A DNA stretch of 64,000 nucleotides, taken from assembly GCF_006345805.1 (NCBI RefSeq), contig NC_043014.1:53010001-53074000 (forward strand), read 5' to 3'. The translations under genes were made by a program, and so were the position numbers. The DNA is from Octopus sinensis (Eukaryota). Shown piece after piece: positions 13,750 to 27,765 of the stretch (positions are counted from its first letter, which is position 1; each line of letters begins with the position of its first letter). Under the pieces are notes generated by a model, which ran no database searches, was not told the origin of the DNA, and saw only the letters and a list, made by a program, of their open reading frames with translations.

Positions 13750-14480
13750 AACAATCCTTTCTGTTATAGGCACAAGGCCCGACATTTTTGGGGCGGTAGA
13801 AGTGGGGAGTCGATTCCATTGACCTCACTGCTCGACTGGTACTTATTTTTTATCGACCATGAAAGGACGAAAAGCACAATCGACTCCGGTGGAATTTGAA
13901 CTCAGACTGTAAGGGTGGATGAAATGTCGTTACGCACCTTTGCCTGGCGTGTTAACAATCCTTCCAGCTCATCGCCAGGTTTTCCCCTCTTATAAGCCTC
14001 GTACATACTCTCTCTTGGCATTTTGCATTTTAGTAAGGACGATACGAAACGTTGATCTATTATCAAATACCGACGACGTTTAAAGCCCGTCCTGAAACTC
14101 ATTTTCAAACCCTGGGAAAATGTATCAATATGCAAATGATGATGCATGGCTTCTATTTTACTTTACAAACACCTTAGACAGGTTTTCAAGCAAATTATCG
14201 CACAGAATCCTAACTTAAACCCTACCAACTCATATTTAGATGATGATATTATTGTATGCAGTAAGGAGATGAACTGGAGAATCGTTAGCGCATCGGACAA
14301 AATGCTTAGCAGCATTTGTTCCGGCCCTAAACTTTCTGAGTTCAAATCTCGCCGAGATCAACTTCACCTTTCAGACTTTCGAGATCGAAAAAATGGAGAA
14401 GCAGTTAAGTATTGGAGTCTATGTAATCCATTAACACCACTCTCCCTAAAATTGCTGGCCTTGTACCAAAATTTGAAGCA
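13750..14480. mobile_element. Two head-to-head tRNA-derived SINE copies (family with cctttcatcctttcggggtcgataaa core)
   Basis: Minus copy at about 13750-13990 and plus copy at about 14275-14480 (B-box-like ctgagttcaaatc). The same family occurs at about 17640-18330, 24330-24500, 39210-39410, 43560-43750, 43860-44040 and 58290-58480. Confidence 0.75.
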
Positions 14481-14964
14481 ATTATTGTCCGCGGTAACTG
14501 ATGAAATTTATGATGGGAATCTCAAAACATGTCCTGTGCTTCGGTCAAAAAGCTCTAACAGAACTCTTTCAGTTAAAGAAGAAAGAAACTACGTTTTGGG
14601 TTAAAACAAACATCAAATTCCTTTGTTTAATCGTTCAAAACCACAAAATAACCCTTTCCTTTTTAAATCGTTCCTTTTTAGATACTTTACCATTCCTCAT
14701 TTAAAAAGAACTTGAAAAAGTTTCCGAATTACTTGTTAATTAAAGTAAAGGATATATTCTCGGTTCTCGATGAAAAGGTGTTGCGTTTTCCATTTCTCAA
14801 GAAATTGTTATAGCTTTCGGAAAAAATCAAAATCGATGCAGAAGAATGCTTGCCTCCACATGTTATTAAAATCACTCCATTTTTGATCAGACCCTCGCAG
14901 TAAAAAAAAATCAACGAGAAAGGGTCCTGGGGTCTTTTTCTCTCAAACTCTTTCTGCTGAGGGT

Positions 14965-15550
14965 TTGCGTGGGGATTTAATCCACATTACAAACCAACAA
15001 ATTGTACTGTTTAGGTTTGATAAATGTCGTAAATACAATATAAAGAATGACAAAATATTGCATTTTCTATTGAGGAGAAAAAGAAATACGGTTGTGATGA
15101 GGTCTTACGTAGAAAGGAGATTTCTGCTCGACCAGATTACAAATTTCTACAAACGTATTCACAGGGAATTATGTCAACTAAGTGTGAGAAAAAACTTGCA
15201 TTATGTAAAGAAAAAACCACATTTCTTTACTACGAGTGTTAGATGTCAGAAAGAGCTACTCTCACTTATTGGAACTCTTGTGAATTCATGTCTGTAAAAG
15301 AATGGTATCTACTGAAACAAAGAACTGTGCAAAGTAAAACCACTCCTTCCAACCGGAGAGGCGAAGCGATCAGACAATATGGAAGTCCGTACTGTTAGCT
15401 TTCAATTCGCGGACTCTCCCAAAATTCTCGTTAGAGAGATGTTCGTTTTTAAGAGCTTCAGTCAATTCCTTCTGCTCTCAATTGTGGCCAATTGAAACTC
15501 TAAACAACAACTTTCTGACGAAACTCTCCAGATGGCGTCTCACTAACCTA
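14965..15550 (+). mobile_element. Possible highly degenerate integrase-type (Ginger/KRBA2-like) transposon relic
   Basis: ORF 14965..15297 has ...KRIHRELCQLSVRKNLHYVKKK...VRCQK, loosely like an integrase Zn-binding HHCC region. Motif-level resemblance only. Confidence 0.2.
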
Positions 15551-16199
15551 CTTGACTAAGTCTTCCTGACTGCCCATATGTACACACACACACGTATGTG
15601 TGGTGAAGCATGTTTTTAAAAACAGCAGACCGATGTGTAAGCACAAAAGGCCAGATACAGTTGTATGAGACAAGGAGCAGGAATTATGGCACCGTTCTAG
15701 AGATCACCTGCCCAACGGATGTGTCTCTTCATAGATTAATGGGAGGGGCAGAGAACTGATTAGAAACATACACCTCTTGTACCCAGGACATAGATTTGCA
15801 TTTGTTTCTATTACCATCGGTGCAATGGGCTCCATAACATCAGGTCTGCATGGAAACCTAGAAATACTTGAATTGCCCAAAAGAGAACAAAATAAACCGA
15901 TTCACATTCTCCAGATATAATCGATTAAAGGAACAGTGAAAATTTGGAATCATTTCAGGCATTCCCTCTTTGAGGTTCCTTAGAGAATATATGCACACAA
16001 TCATATATACATATGTAATGCACATACACGCGCACACACGTACATAAATAGTAATGAAATATACAGACTTGTGTCCTATTGTGACGCACGCATATATCAG
16101 CTAATTCAGGTAACCACAAACCTCGTGAGCTGTTTTGACTTGAACAAAAGGACTTTGTCACTTTGTAAGCGACAGGCTTGGATTTCTTTTAAGATCCCC

Positions 16200-16480
16200 T
16201 AAACACACAGGCGCGCGCATGGAAATGACTTCTCGAAGAAGCTGAACCACTGCAATGGAATAAGTTTTGTGACGTTTTCTCATCATTGCGAAGCGGCCGA
16301 TCCCTCCATGGCCAATCGTTAAGTTCACGGAATCGAGAATCCGTCAACATTCTCAGCCTCAATAACACTTCCATTTTATTCTTCGTTCAACATCAACAAT
16401 TTCTCCAAGAAGGAACATTCTCGTGGGTAACGGCGATAGAGGTTATTCGAATTGCCTCCAACGCCTCCAATGTTCTGTCA
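16200..16480 (-). mobile_element. Possible KRBA2/Ginger-like integrase relic
   Basis: One minus frame reads ILDSVNLTIGHGGIGRFAMMRKRHKTYSIAVVQLL with stops upstream, resembling the H...GHGGrdRm motif of KRBA2-like integrases. Confidence 0.3.
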
Positions 16481-17155
16481 GCTTGTTCAAAGAGATGAAA
16501 CCAATGGCTTCATTTGTGTCTTTGTTGTTGCATTAAATTGAAAATGCGCAGACAGGGCCTGCGTGGCTAAGACGCTTGTTTGGCAACCACGTGGTTTCGG
16601 GTTCGGTCCCACAGCATGACACCATGGGAAGGTACCTGCTACTACAGCGCTAGGCTAACCAATGCCTTGTGAGTGGATTAAGACAGAAGTTGTGCATCCC
16701 CGAATACCACCGCTTAACAACCGGTATTGGTTTGTTTACGCCCCCATAACTCACGGTTTGTCCTAATTTCTGGTCGTAGTTATCTTTTACTAATTCTACA
16801 CTCACTGTTTTTCGGCGGGAGGGAGGGAGGGAGGCAGGTATTATAAATTTCTATCTTTGTTTTAATTAATGTATCACGTAACGAGCGAGTTCTTTCCCCT
16901 ATGTCAATCAGATGTTCAGCAGTAGCATCATTGATTGAATAAAGTCTTTGAATCTATCATAGTTTCTATCAACAGGCCAAAAGACAAAGGAATCAATAGC
17001 AATCTCTTGATCATAGGTCTGTTCAACGAACAGCCGGCCTGGGGCTAAACACCACCACCATTAAAAACCATGGAACTCAGTCCTACCATCATCATTCTAT
17101 GCCATGCCACGGACCGAGTGGCGTGTCTTCGGCATCTTAGGCCTGCGAGACCGTC

Positions 17156-17553
17156 TCGGCGCTACTTTGGTATGCAATCTACGGAGCCAACGTGATTGAT
17201 CTACAAGAATCAAATTCCACTTTAGTATGCGATCTACACGTTTCATTCGTTTATTACGGCTTAAATAAAACATTCTTACAATTTTATACACAAACTTAAA
17301 AACATTAAGATAAAGCAAATTTGAAAGAAGTTTACTAATTTTAGGGGTGAATCGAACGAACATCAGCTGGAAAAGTCAAAGAGAGAGAATTAAAAGTTTT
17401 ATACATTATCAACACTTATGCTTCAAACCGATTCAGGTGTTCTCCTTGTTCTTGATGAGTATAACTTTTCTTGTTGAAGATCACAATATAAAGTGTACAT
17501 CGCATACCAAAGCAGATTCGTGACTCGTAGATCGCATACCAAAGTAGCACCGA
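17156..17553. mobile_element. Non-autonomous DNA element with 28-bp inverted repeats and paired subterminal motifs
   Basis: 17156-17183 tcggcgctactttggtatgcaatctacg pairs with 17526-17553 (26/28). Inner copies of the motif lie at 17217-17237 and, inverted, at 17494-17514. Confidence 0.6.
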
Positions 17554-19179
17554 CTGACCATCCATCCCCACCTCTCCCTCTCTCTCTCTCTCTGGATCTG
17601 AACGCAGACAATTTCTTCCAGAAGGAAAAAAAAAATGATTGATTCCAATACAAAACCGCTACATTATTTACCGATCCCGAAAGGATGAAAAGCTGACCTC
17701 GGTCGGATTTGAACTCAGACCGCAAAACCGGTACGATTTCCGTGAAGCAAGCTATCCGACACTAACAACTCAGCCAACTGGTGGCCAGCGCGTCGAACAA
17801 AATGATTAGTGGCATTTTTTTTCGGGTCTTTATCTTCTGATTTTAAACCCCAACGAGGTCAATCAAGCCTTTCATCTTTCAGGAATCGATAAAATGGACT
17901 ACCAGTCATATGCTTGGGTCGATGTAATCGACTTGCCTCCTTCTCCACCAAAATTGTTGGCCTTGTGTCAAAATTTGAAGATCATTATTGACCGCCAAAT
18001 ACACGTGTGTGTGTGTGTAAAGGCTTGACAAGATAATTTTTTAGCTATGCTCAGGGAGAGGAGTTGAGAGCAAAAGGTTAATCGATAAAATCGACAGTAT
18101 TACTTCGCTGCTACTTTTTATTGAACCCGGAGAGATGAAAGGCAAAGTTGACTTCGGAACGATTTGAACTCATAATAATGATTTCTGATTTAGGCCCAAG
18201 ACCATCGACTTCGTAGGTATGAAAGGCGAAGATGACCTAGGCGGGATTTGAACTCAGAACGTAAAATGGTGGTCTCTAACACAGGCACAAGGTCAAAAAT
18301 TTGAAGGGAGGGGGTTAATCAATTAAACCTACCTCAGCACATGACTGGTATTTACGGCTAAATGATTGATTTCGGTTGCCATGAGGGAAATATTCATTCA
18401 CATTTCTAATGGCGAGATATTGAAATAAAATAAACGGTTCTTCGATGAATGAAAGTGAGAGTTTAAATGTTTGTTTTCTATCGAGGTTTGCGGGGAAGAC
18501 GAACGATGGTTCGAACAACAGATGGGACGCAGAACGTTTTGTCTTAGTATGAATGGAGAAGAGTGGAAAGCATGTGCTGGAATCGATAAAGGAAATGTGA
18601 GTTGGGTGGGGTTACTTAAAAGGTTGCAAAACCACACAGTAAACACTCGTCATGTGTTTGTGGAGGTAATAATTTTGGCTAAAATTTTGCTGCTATGTAA
18701 AATGCTTATTTCATTCTAAACAAAGATCGATAGAACCTGATTTCATGTTATTATATTATTCAAGCAAGTAACTCCAATATGGTCGGTTTTCATTTATTGT
18801 ACCTAAAAACAAGATAGCAGATTGGTAAAATAGCAGAGTGTGTGTGTGTGTGTGTGTGTGTGAACATTAAGACTTCTGTTTTAACAGAAATTCGTGACTG
18901 TGGATCTGAACAAGACATTGCCAAGTAGAATGGCGAGAAAGCAACACGAACACATACGTGTGTGTGTGTACATACACCTGTTTGTATGTATTTGGAAACG
19001 CAGACACCTAAGCATTGGTATGTGGGCGAAGGTAAGGACTACACACGGCCGGTGACTAGGGTTCGGGTTACGCCGAAAATGGGTTGTGTGCGTATCCTTA
19101 ACCTCCGCCGGTATCTGTATAGAAACACACACAACACGCATCCACAGACCTATGTAAATTAGTAATGTGTGCGTGGATG

Positions 19180-19288
19180 CACACACATGCTTGTATATAT
19201 TATGCATATATACACACACACACACAAGCTTATATATATTACGCATATACACACACACAAGTTTGTATAAATTATGCATATATACACA

Positions 19289-19335
<47 letters not shown>

Positions 19336-19410
19336 GCGTGTATATATTATGAATATATACACACACACGCTTGTATATATTATGCATATATACACACACA
19401 CAAACAAGTG
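19180..19410. repeat. Minisatellite of about 35 bp built on a CA/TA microsatellite
   Basis: The unit gcttgtatatattatgcatatatacacacacacaa recurs about 5-6 times, with variable CA and TA lengths. Confidence 0.7.
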
Positions 19411-20597
19411 TGCCTATGCGTGACCAAGAACGGCTTTGAATTAAAGACATAATTAAAACCGATGAAAGATTGATCCCGCAGCTGGATGTAGGCGAGACGG
19501 TAAGCTTAATCCTAGACATGATAGTTAAATAGGAGAGTCTGGAGTAAATATGGCTAAAAAAGATTATCGGAGATGTGAATGGAATTCCTAAGACCAGAGA
19601 AGAAAGGAAAGAGTTAAGGAATGGGTTGGTCGTTTGTGTGGCGTGATGGGGTTTGGAGGAATGAAATAGGGTTTTATTAAAAGGAGGTGTGTCTGTTGAT
19701 TAGGGACAGGCAGAGTGGAATGGATGAATATGCTGAGGCCAGAACAGCCTAAACACACACACAGATGGAAACATTAATAAAAGAAAAACCAAATGGCTAT
19801 AGAAACACAGACATCTGTAGTGATGGGTACAGGCCAGTTCTGAAACAAAAAATAAGACAGCCAAACGAGATAAATCGATATAGAGAGAGGTAGGATGGCG
19901 AGATAGAGACACGTAAAGGCTAACAGATGGGAAGAAGGTAGTCGTAGAGGGGCAAATGTGGAATTGAATGGGAAAAGGGAGAAACCGGCAGATAGATGGA
20001 TAGAAAAGAGGGCCCAGGAGGGTGGATGGAGAGAGGTAGGCAATGGATTAACAGAGGAGAATATAGAGACAGGCGTGCAAAGAGATAAGAAGATAAAATG
20101 AGAGAGAGAGGTCGGCGGAAGACATGTGAACATGTATTTACATAATAGCAAGGAGAATCTAAAGGAATGTCAGAGAGAGAAGAAAAAAGACATATTTGAG
20201 AGGAAAGGGAGAGAATGAGGAGAAAAGGAAACATAAGAAGGAGAGAGTCCGTGGTGGTGGCCATTGATGGACGTCCAGAGATTCATCATATTTGGACGAA
20301 AGGACCAGAAAATGTCCCTTTAACGTATTATTTAATGTGTTAATTATATCACATTTATATATATATATTATGTAGGGAAGGGACTACTATTAAATATTGA
20401 AATATAAATCATAAACGCACATACACACACTCTCTCTCTCTATATATATATATATATACACACATAGAGTGTATATAATATTTTAAAAAAAGATTTACGT
20501 GAGGGCGGGGTACGAAAGGAAGTCTTTCCAATATTTCATAAACATATTTTATTGATGGTAACAGTGTAATCATGTCACATAACTGTTCCACAATTAC

Positions 20598-20658
<61 letters not shown>

Positions 20659-22021
20659 TTATACATAGATACACAGTGTATACATCCTGTGTAAGGTTCT
20701 GTAGCTCTCAGTTTCGGAAGTAAAAACATTTTAGTGTTAAAGAGGAAAGTACATGAGGAGCCTCTGTGTCTGTGTGATATCTGAATACTTGTGTCTGTGT
20801 GATATCTGAATACTTGTGTCGTGTGATATCTGTGCGTATTCTATATATGTAGATATATTCAGTTATGAATATAGATCGTGAGTGTGTGTCGATTTCTGCG
20901 TGTATCAAGTGTGTATATTGTTGCTTCTGTACAGCAATATATTTTGTGTGTGTTGTGAGGTAGAGAAAAGATTAGAGTGGAATGGTGATAACCTTTAACA
21001 CGGAGGCCAGTGACCCCCGGGGCAGGGCAGGGGACAGGATCGCCCTACAACAGAACATGTGGGGTCAGGACAATCCCTTTCTCACACACACATGTGGGAG
21101 AGAAAAGGATTGTCTGTGTGTATGTCCGTCTGTGCATATTTATCACGATTTTATTATTAATTTTACTGACAAACAAATAATAAAGGTTGAGAAACAAAAT
21201 GAAGAACCTACCTTGGTTCGGTGGCGAGGAAGATGAGAGGAGAATTCAGGTAAGATTCGTGTTGTTGATGTTTTTCTCCGTTGAGAGAGAGAAACAAAAA
21301 AAGAAACAACACAAATATTCACAAGTGTATATATTTATACACACACAATAACATATAAATCCTAGAACACAAAAACACAAAACAGAAAAATATCCCAGCT
21401 GGTAACCACAACTATTCTCTGTCCATTGGTGATCTGTATGTAGACATGGATGTGTGTATATATATGTGTGTGTATATGTGTATATGTGAGGGTGTGTATA
21501 ATGCGTAGAAATGTTTTCTAGCAGCTATTTTCAGTAGAGATCTCCATGAGTCGTCGTCGTCGGTCGACCAACGATCCTTCTATTGTGACGGGAGGGGGGG
21601 ATGAGGCATAGTGCGGTGGTGAGTATAGGTTGTTGCTAACAGTGGTGATAGTAGAGGTCTTGGTGGTAGTATTTAAGCGTAGTACTTTGAGATTAGTAGT
21701 ATTAGTAGTAGTGGTGGTGGTAGTAGTGTGAGGTAAGGAACTGTGTTGGTAGTAGGAGTGATCGAAGTCATCGTACTCTTCTCGCAAAGGTGGTGGTAGT
21801 TAGGGGTAGCAGTGGGAGATAAAGAACTATAGTATCCTCGATAGTACTGTGGTGGCGATGGTGGTGGTTGTGGTGGTGGTTTCAATTAATGGGAGGTAAG
21901 AACAACAGTTGGGGGAGGAGGCAATTCGTTGGCCACTCACCGACCGCCTGCTACACAATTTCCTACTCCTCCTGTTACTCTCCATGTACAGCTTGTTTTT
22001 TCTCTCTCGCATTATATATAT

Positions 22022-22088
<67 letters not shown>

Positions 22089-22553
22089 TATATATACATA
22101 TATATATATCTAAATCTAAATCTAAAAGAATGTGTTTTGTGGGACCCGGAGGTGCATCAGCCGATGCCACTCGATCGTTCTGCAAATCTCTCCCTATCGA
22201 ACTGCTTGTATCCATCGATCTGTTTGTGTGCATTACTTTCCATTCTGTTTACATAATTTCCTGGCCCACTTCTCTCTCGTCTTATCCATTCTTCAACTCC
22301 AATCTGCTGCTGCTGCTGCTGTTATTGTTTAGCTCCAGGACGGACCCATGATCAAATGTGTTTTTTTATAATTATTCTATCAGAAACAAAAACGTACCAA
22401 CATCGGTTGGCAAGCGGGGGTGGGGGTGACAAAGACACACACGACGAGCTTCTTTAACTCACAAGGCTTTGGTTAACCCAAAACTATATCAGAAGACATG
22501 GGCCCAAAGTGCCACGCAGTGTGACTGAACCTGGAACCATGTGGTTGGAAAGC

Positions 22554-22650
<97 letters not shown>

Positions 22651-22651
<1 letters not shown>

Positions 22652-22763
22652 GTAGGCACACGAGCGATAAGTACAGGACATCGCCAACGAGTACTTGTAT
22701 ATCTTTTGGTAATTCGTCCTGGGTTGGTCCCTTCCTACTATACTTATCGCTCGTGTGTCTACG
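22651..22763. mobile_element. 113-bp MITE with 23-bp TIRs and TA target site (Tc1/mariner-type)
   Basis: ta|cgtaggcacacgagcgataagta ... tacttatcgctcgtgtgtctacg|ta (22/23 match), located at the end of a (TA)n array. Confidence 0.8.
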
Positions 22764-22855
22764 TAATTTTCAATCGTCGATGATGTCTTGTACTTGATGT
22801 TTATTATATTTATTTATTATCGAGCGCCACGCAGCCTTGTCCACATTAAGTTTTT

Positions 22856-22910
<55 letters not shown>

Positions 22911-24596
22911 CAGGGCAGCGAATCAATGAGCGGTTACTCGGACGGCTGCGACAGTTTCCACTGCAAGACTTGGATCGTCCGATGGTTACGCCTGTGGGAA
23001 ACGCTTGTCCAAGGAGCTGTGTAATAGTATTCAACCCGAATACAGCCCAGTCGAGAAGCGAACTTACTGGCCGCACAGCCATGCCTACGCTTAAAGATTA
23101 AAAGAAAAAAACTTAAACGGCGTAAAAATTTACTTCGGTGGGATTTGAACTCAGAACGTAAAGGGAAGTAAGTCGTTGTGTCCCTGTGCGTAGGACGCTC
23201 CGACTTCGAAATGGATTGGAAGTTTTGAGTTGAAAATTTGGAAAGAAAGACAACAATTAAATTTCAACTGTTTCGTGCGCTTTCCTAAAATACCGACCTT
23301 GTTAATAATAATATATTTCTATTTCTCTTACTGTTACAGCACGATGATATGTTGTTTGTCGTGGATTATCGTAGAATAACCCATCCCAAGGATAGGTTTA
23401 TGGACTCAATGAAGTTTGGAAATTTATTTTAAGGAAGTAAAAAAAAAACAACGAAACACTGAGGAATATGGTCAATAAATTAAAGCAATGCTTCTATGTT
23501 CAGCTCTCTATGCCGACTCCGCCATTTACTTGGATAAATACTTTTTCTTTCTCTGGGATCCATATTTCGATTACCGTCGCTTATTTTAGTTATTAATTTT
23601 ATTTTTATAGAGAGCCTGGAGGAAGGGTCAGCACGTGGCGTTTTTCAGACTCTTCAAGACCAATGAGAAAGACCAAGATGATATTACTGCAGGATCAAGA
23701 CGACCTGGGCTTTTGGACCTGCACACCATAGACTTCTGTCAGTTTTTATTTTATTTATTTTTTCGCTCGTTGAGGTGGGAAGACTGTACCCATACACGGC
23801 TTTTCAGAGAACCTTTGAAACAGGTGGAAGGGAGAGAGAGGGGAGGCGGAAGGAGGAGAGTGTTCTCTGACTAAGATTTTGGTGATGGTTTTGAAAAGGG
23901 TGACGGATTAAGTCTATCCACTGAGTAGACACCGGGAAGATTTGAACTTAGAATTCAAAGGAGAACAAATACCGCAAGACATCCAGTCCTGTTCTTCTGC
24001 CAACAGACCCCACTGGATTGAAACTTTCGTTAATCCCGAAAAGGCAGCATTCGAACTCGCGACAATTACCGGAGACATTCTCTTCGACGTTCCAATCATT
24101 TTATTAATTCACCCCCGCCCTTTGGTTTAATAGGTTGGGGGGTCGATGTTTTAGTCAGGAGAGAAGGCCATGTCCAGACTAGACCGTTTACAGATCCTCC
24201 GAGATGATTGGGAGGAGAAGAGGGGCGAGAGGAAGATGTCCTCGAATCTGAAGCCTGGCTTTGATCGCCCGAAACAAGGTGGGCTTCCCTAAAGGCACAC
24301 AAGATGCCGGATAATGGAGTAAGGCCGACCATCCAAGTAGACCACGGCGGGATCGAACATAGAACGTAAGAGCAGGACACCAAATACCGTGAGGCATCTT
24401 ATCCGACTCCCTAACAGTTCCGGCAATTCCCCACCACGACCACCACGCTGAATTCCTACTTTTTAATCGACCTCGAAAAAATGTCTCCATAAGTCTTAAT
24501 AATGCGGTTAGGAAAACTTTGACCGTCGCACAATCTCTCACTCCTCTCTCTCTTTCTCTCTTTCTTTCTTCTCTCTCTCTCTCTCTCACTCCTCTC

Positions 24597-24661
<65 letters not shown>

Positions 24662-25589
24662 TTCCTCCTTGACTAAAGGCGTCAGCAATTAACAGCTCCA
24701 CATCAAAGTCTGACGATTTATGATTTTCCTCGGAAAACACACAAGTTGTGTTCCGTTACCTTCCGCTGCTTTAGTTACAGTTCACTCTACTAATCCGCTG
24801 GTCTCAAAAGTTTATTCTTTAAGCAGGGACATTAACGCATGCCCACATGCATGAACCATGACTAGGGACCAGCTCTTTTTTACATACCCTCGCTACAGCC
24901 ATCTTTTCTTATTGACCCAATAACTGGGACCTTTGACAGGTACTACCAGCCCCACAAGTTATTGAAATCCTTGGCTGGAGCCTCCCCACCGGATGTACTT
25001 TTAATGTCTTGTCCAGGGCACACACTCTAATATATTAAAATCGAAGATTTTGAATCTACTGTAACGAGTTCGCATTTGTTTGTGGGTAAAATTTCACCCC
25101 CAAACGAGCTGTTCCTCACCTCTACTCTACCTGGTTGTCCGACATGCGAGCGGTGGTAGTCAAATCTCCCTCAATTCCATTCAGATATCTAAATAATATA
25201 TCGACCAGTGGCGTTAGAGGGAGGTCGTAGGTGCCAATGGCGAAGATGCTTTTAGTGTCTCCACCTTAATTAACAGATAATTTTGCGTCCCTTTACATCC
25301 GTACCTGGAGACAACTGCCTCTTCCTCAAGCCTTTTTTGCCCCACCTGTAGCTTATCTGTCCTCTGACCAAAGGCGACAGTCAAGGTTGGTATGCCTTTA
25401 ATCATAGGTCTGCTAAATCAGAGCCGACCTGGGGCTAAACAACAACAACAAGAACCACTTCGTGTGTCAGACACACAATGTTTACTGTAAAGCGACATCA
25501 TGCAGCACACGCACACACACACACACACATGTCTGAGTGAGTGGTGTGTGTGTTTGTCATTTGACTGCTGGAGCACCGCCTTTAATCGA

Positions 25590-25970
25590 GCAAAATCGAC
25601 CCCCAGGACTTATTCTTTGTAAGCCTTGTACTTATTATATCGGTCTCTTTTGCCGAACCGCTAAGTTACGGGACGTAAACACACCAACATCTGTTGTGAA
25701 GAGATGTTTGCGGGGAGAAACACAGATACACACACACATACATACATACATACATACATACATACATACATACATACATAAATACATACATACACACACA
25801 TATATATACATACACACACGATGGGCTTCCTTCAGTTTCCAAATCCACTCACAGGCTTTGGTCGTCCCGAGGCTATAGTAGAAGACACTTGGCCAAGGTG
25901 CCACGCAGTGGGACTGAACCCGGAACCATGTAGTTGGTAAGCAAGCTACTTACCCTACAGCCACTCCTTG
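25590..25970 (-). mobile_element. tRNA-derived SINE with internal microsatellite (most abundant family in the window)
   Basis: Minus strand: head ...accaactacatggttccgggttcagtcccactgcgtggcaccttggccaagtgtcttctactatagcc, internal (TATG)n, tail aaggcggtgctccagcagtcaaatgac. Other copies at about 10550-10720, 16555-16760, 22450-22550, 37130-37470, 42230-42370, 45480-45610, 47670-47980, 56210-56350, 59980-60230, 60930-61285, 61690-61990 and 62970-63140. Confidence 0.85.
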
Positions 25971-27368
25971 TTTATATCCATGTCATTTAACGGTTTGATA
26001 GAATAAGTGGGACACTATAAAATATATACTGGAGTAAATTTGATCGACTAAACTTTTAAAGGCGGTGCTCTAGCATGGCCGTGTCCCAATGATTGGAACT
26101 AGTAAAAGACTAAGAATTGGTATTTAAACATAATTATAAATGATGGAAACTCTCAGCCCTGGGTCCTTCTGAATCCTGATGTTCCAATCGAATTTCGGTT
26201 TTACTAAGATCTTCTCTGTGAAATTTGACTGGTGACCGCCGTTGCTGCTGGCGCCATCTGTGGTTGTTTTCAGCTTCAGAAGCAGAGAGAAAAAGGGTTT
26301 GGTGAAAAAATTGAAGAAGGGAACAAACTTTCCTCACAGCGACAGAATCGCTGAGAGAGAGTTTTAATTTTTTTTTATATACTTATTTTATTATGCGAGT
26401 AGATATTTCTATATAATTCATTCTGATATTGTTTTTTTTTTTTTTAATGCTTTGGTTGTCCTAGTAGCAGACAAATTTATTTTGCCCAAAATTGGGTGTT
26501 TGTCAATGTACCGCAACTTTGGATAAGGGTTAGGTACATGCCCGGGGATCGATGAGAGGTCAAGGATTCCATAAAAGGGTCGATGGTCTAAAAAGTTTGG
26601 GCAACCCTAGATTAGGGTATTGTTTTATTAAAACCAAGGGAAAAACTCCGGATGCTATTTAATATACGTTTAACATGTGTTGGTTGAAGTTCTGATCAGG
26701 AAGAATCACGTTGCATCTTTTATCAAGAATCAATAAATGTTCCTTTGACATTTACCTCGGCGTTTGCGATTTTCTCTTCCTTTTTAAAAATTTCTATTTT
26801 ATTCCAGTGACAGGAATTGCTGGCAGAAATCTTTCTCCTTGCGGCTTGCCTTTCATGGAAAATGAGAATGCAGAAAAGGAACTTTTAGTGACATTTTCCA
26901 TCGCAAAGATCGATAGTTTTGAAGTAAAGTACATCCAATCTGCTCAATTTCCTTCGCTTCCCAGATTTAACTGTTTAAAGAAGTTCCAGTCATTCAATTG
27001 TATCTTGCTTTAAAAAAAACACAAAGAAAACAGATGGTCAAGATTGAATTTACGTTTGAGAACTACCAAGGGCTATCCAGCACACTTTGGTTTTGGCATC
27101 GGAAAAAAGATCTGCTATCGAATCTTTATCTGGGACCTTGGTGAACAGTTTGAAGAATTATTTAATATTATAAGGATCGGATTATGTGGCATCATTTTCA
27201 AGATAATCCTTGCCTAAACACACACACACACACACACACAATTTTACATTGGCAGCAAGGTTAGATTTGGTTCGTGAGTGCCGTGTTATGGCAGCGAAAC
27301 AGAGGAAGCGTCGATTTAGATTGAATTTTTCCTTTATTACATAACATTGCGAATAGTTGCTATATTAA

Positions 27369-27399
<31 letters not shown>

Positions 27400-27401
27400 C
27401 A

Positions 27402-27499
<98 letters not shown>

Positions 27500-27693
27500 T
27501 TATATTTTATGCCGACACCATCCTGCCATACACAGTAGCGATATGTACATATAACACAGTAACGTATTATGTAACCTGATGAGGCTTCTTCTGCACTGTG
27601 CAGTGCATTCGATTCCATTATATCGTTCCCCACCCACGAGGGAACAGTGCAGACGTGAGCCGACACGTAGACTCTGTCTTCCCTATTAATTAT

Positions 27694-27729
<36 letters not shown>

Positions 27730-27765
27730 TAATGCAATAATGTTATATATATATACATATATATA

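Noticed and set aside
14146-14604. 152-aa ORF
   Set aside because: It runs straight through a SINE copy (14275-14480) and has no recognisable domain.
21198-21249. ATG...cag|gtaaga, a possible first exon (MKNLPWFGGEEDERRIQ)
   Set aside because: No compatible downstream exon or homology was found; such sites arise by chance.
23612-23830. Good-looking splice acceptor followed by an open frame
   Set aside because: The peptide VAFFRLFKTNEKDQDDITAGSRRP resembles a decayed mariner HTH (WF.rFk.g..dl.D..rsGRP), so it is more likely a transposon relic.
26787-26925. Possible plus-strand exon (ttctattttattccag|...gaa|gtaaag)
   Set aside because: The peptide is unrecognisable and no partner exons were found.
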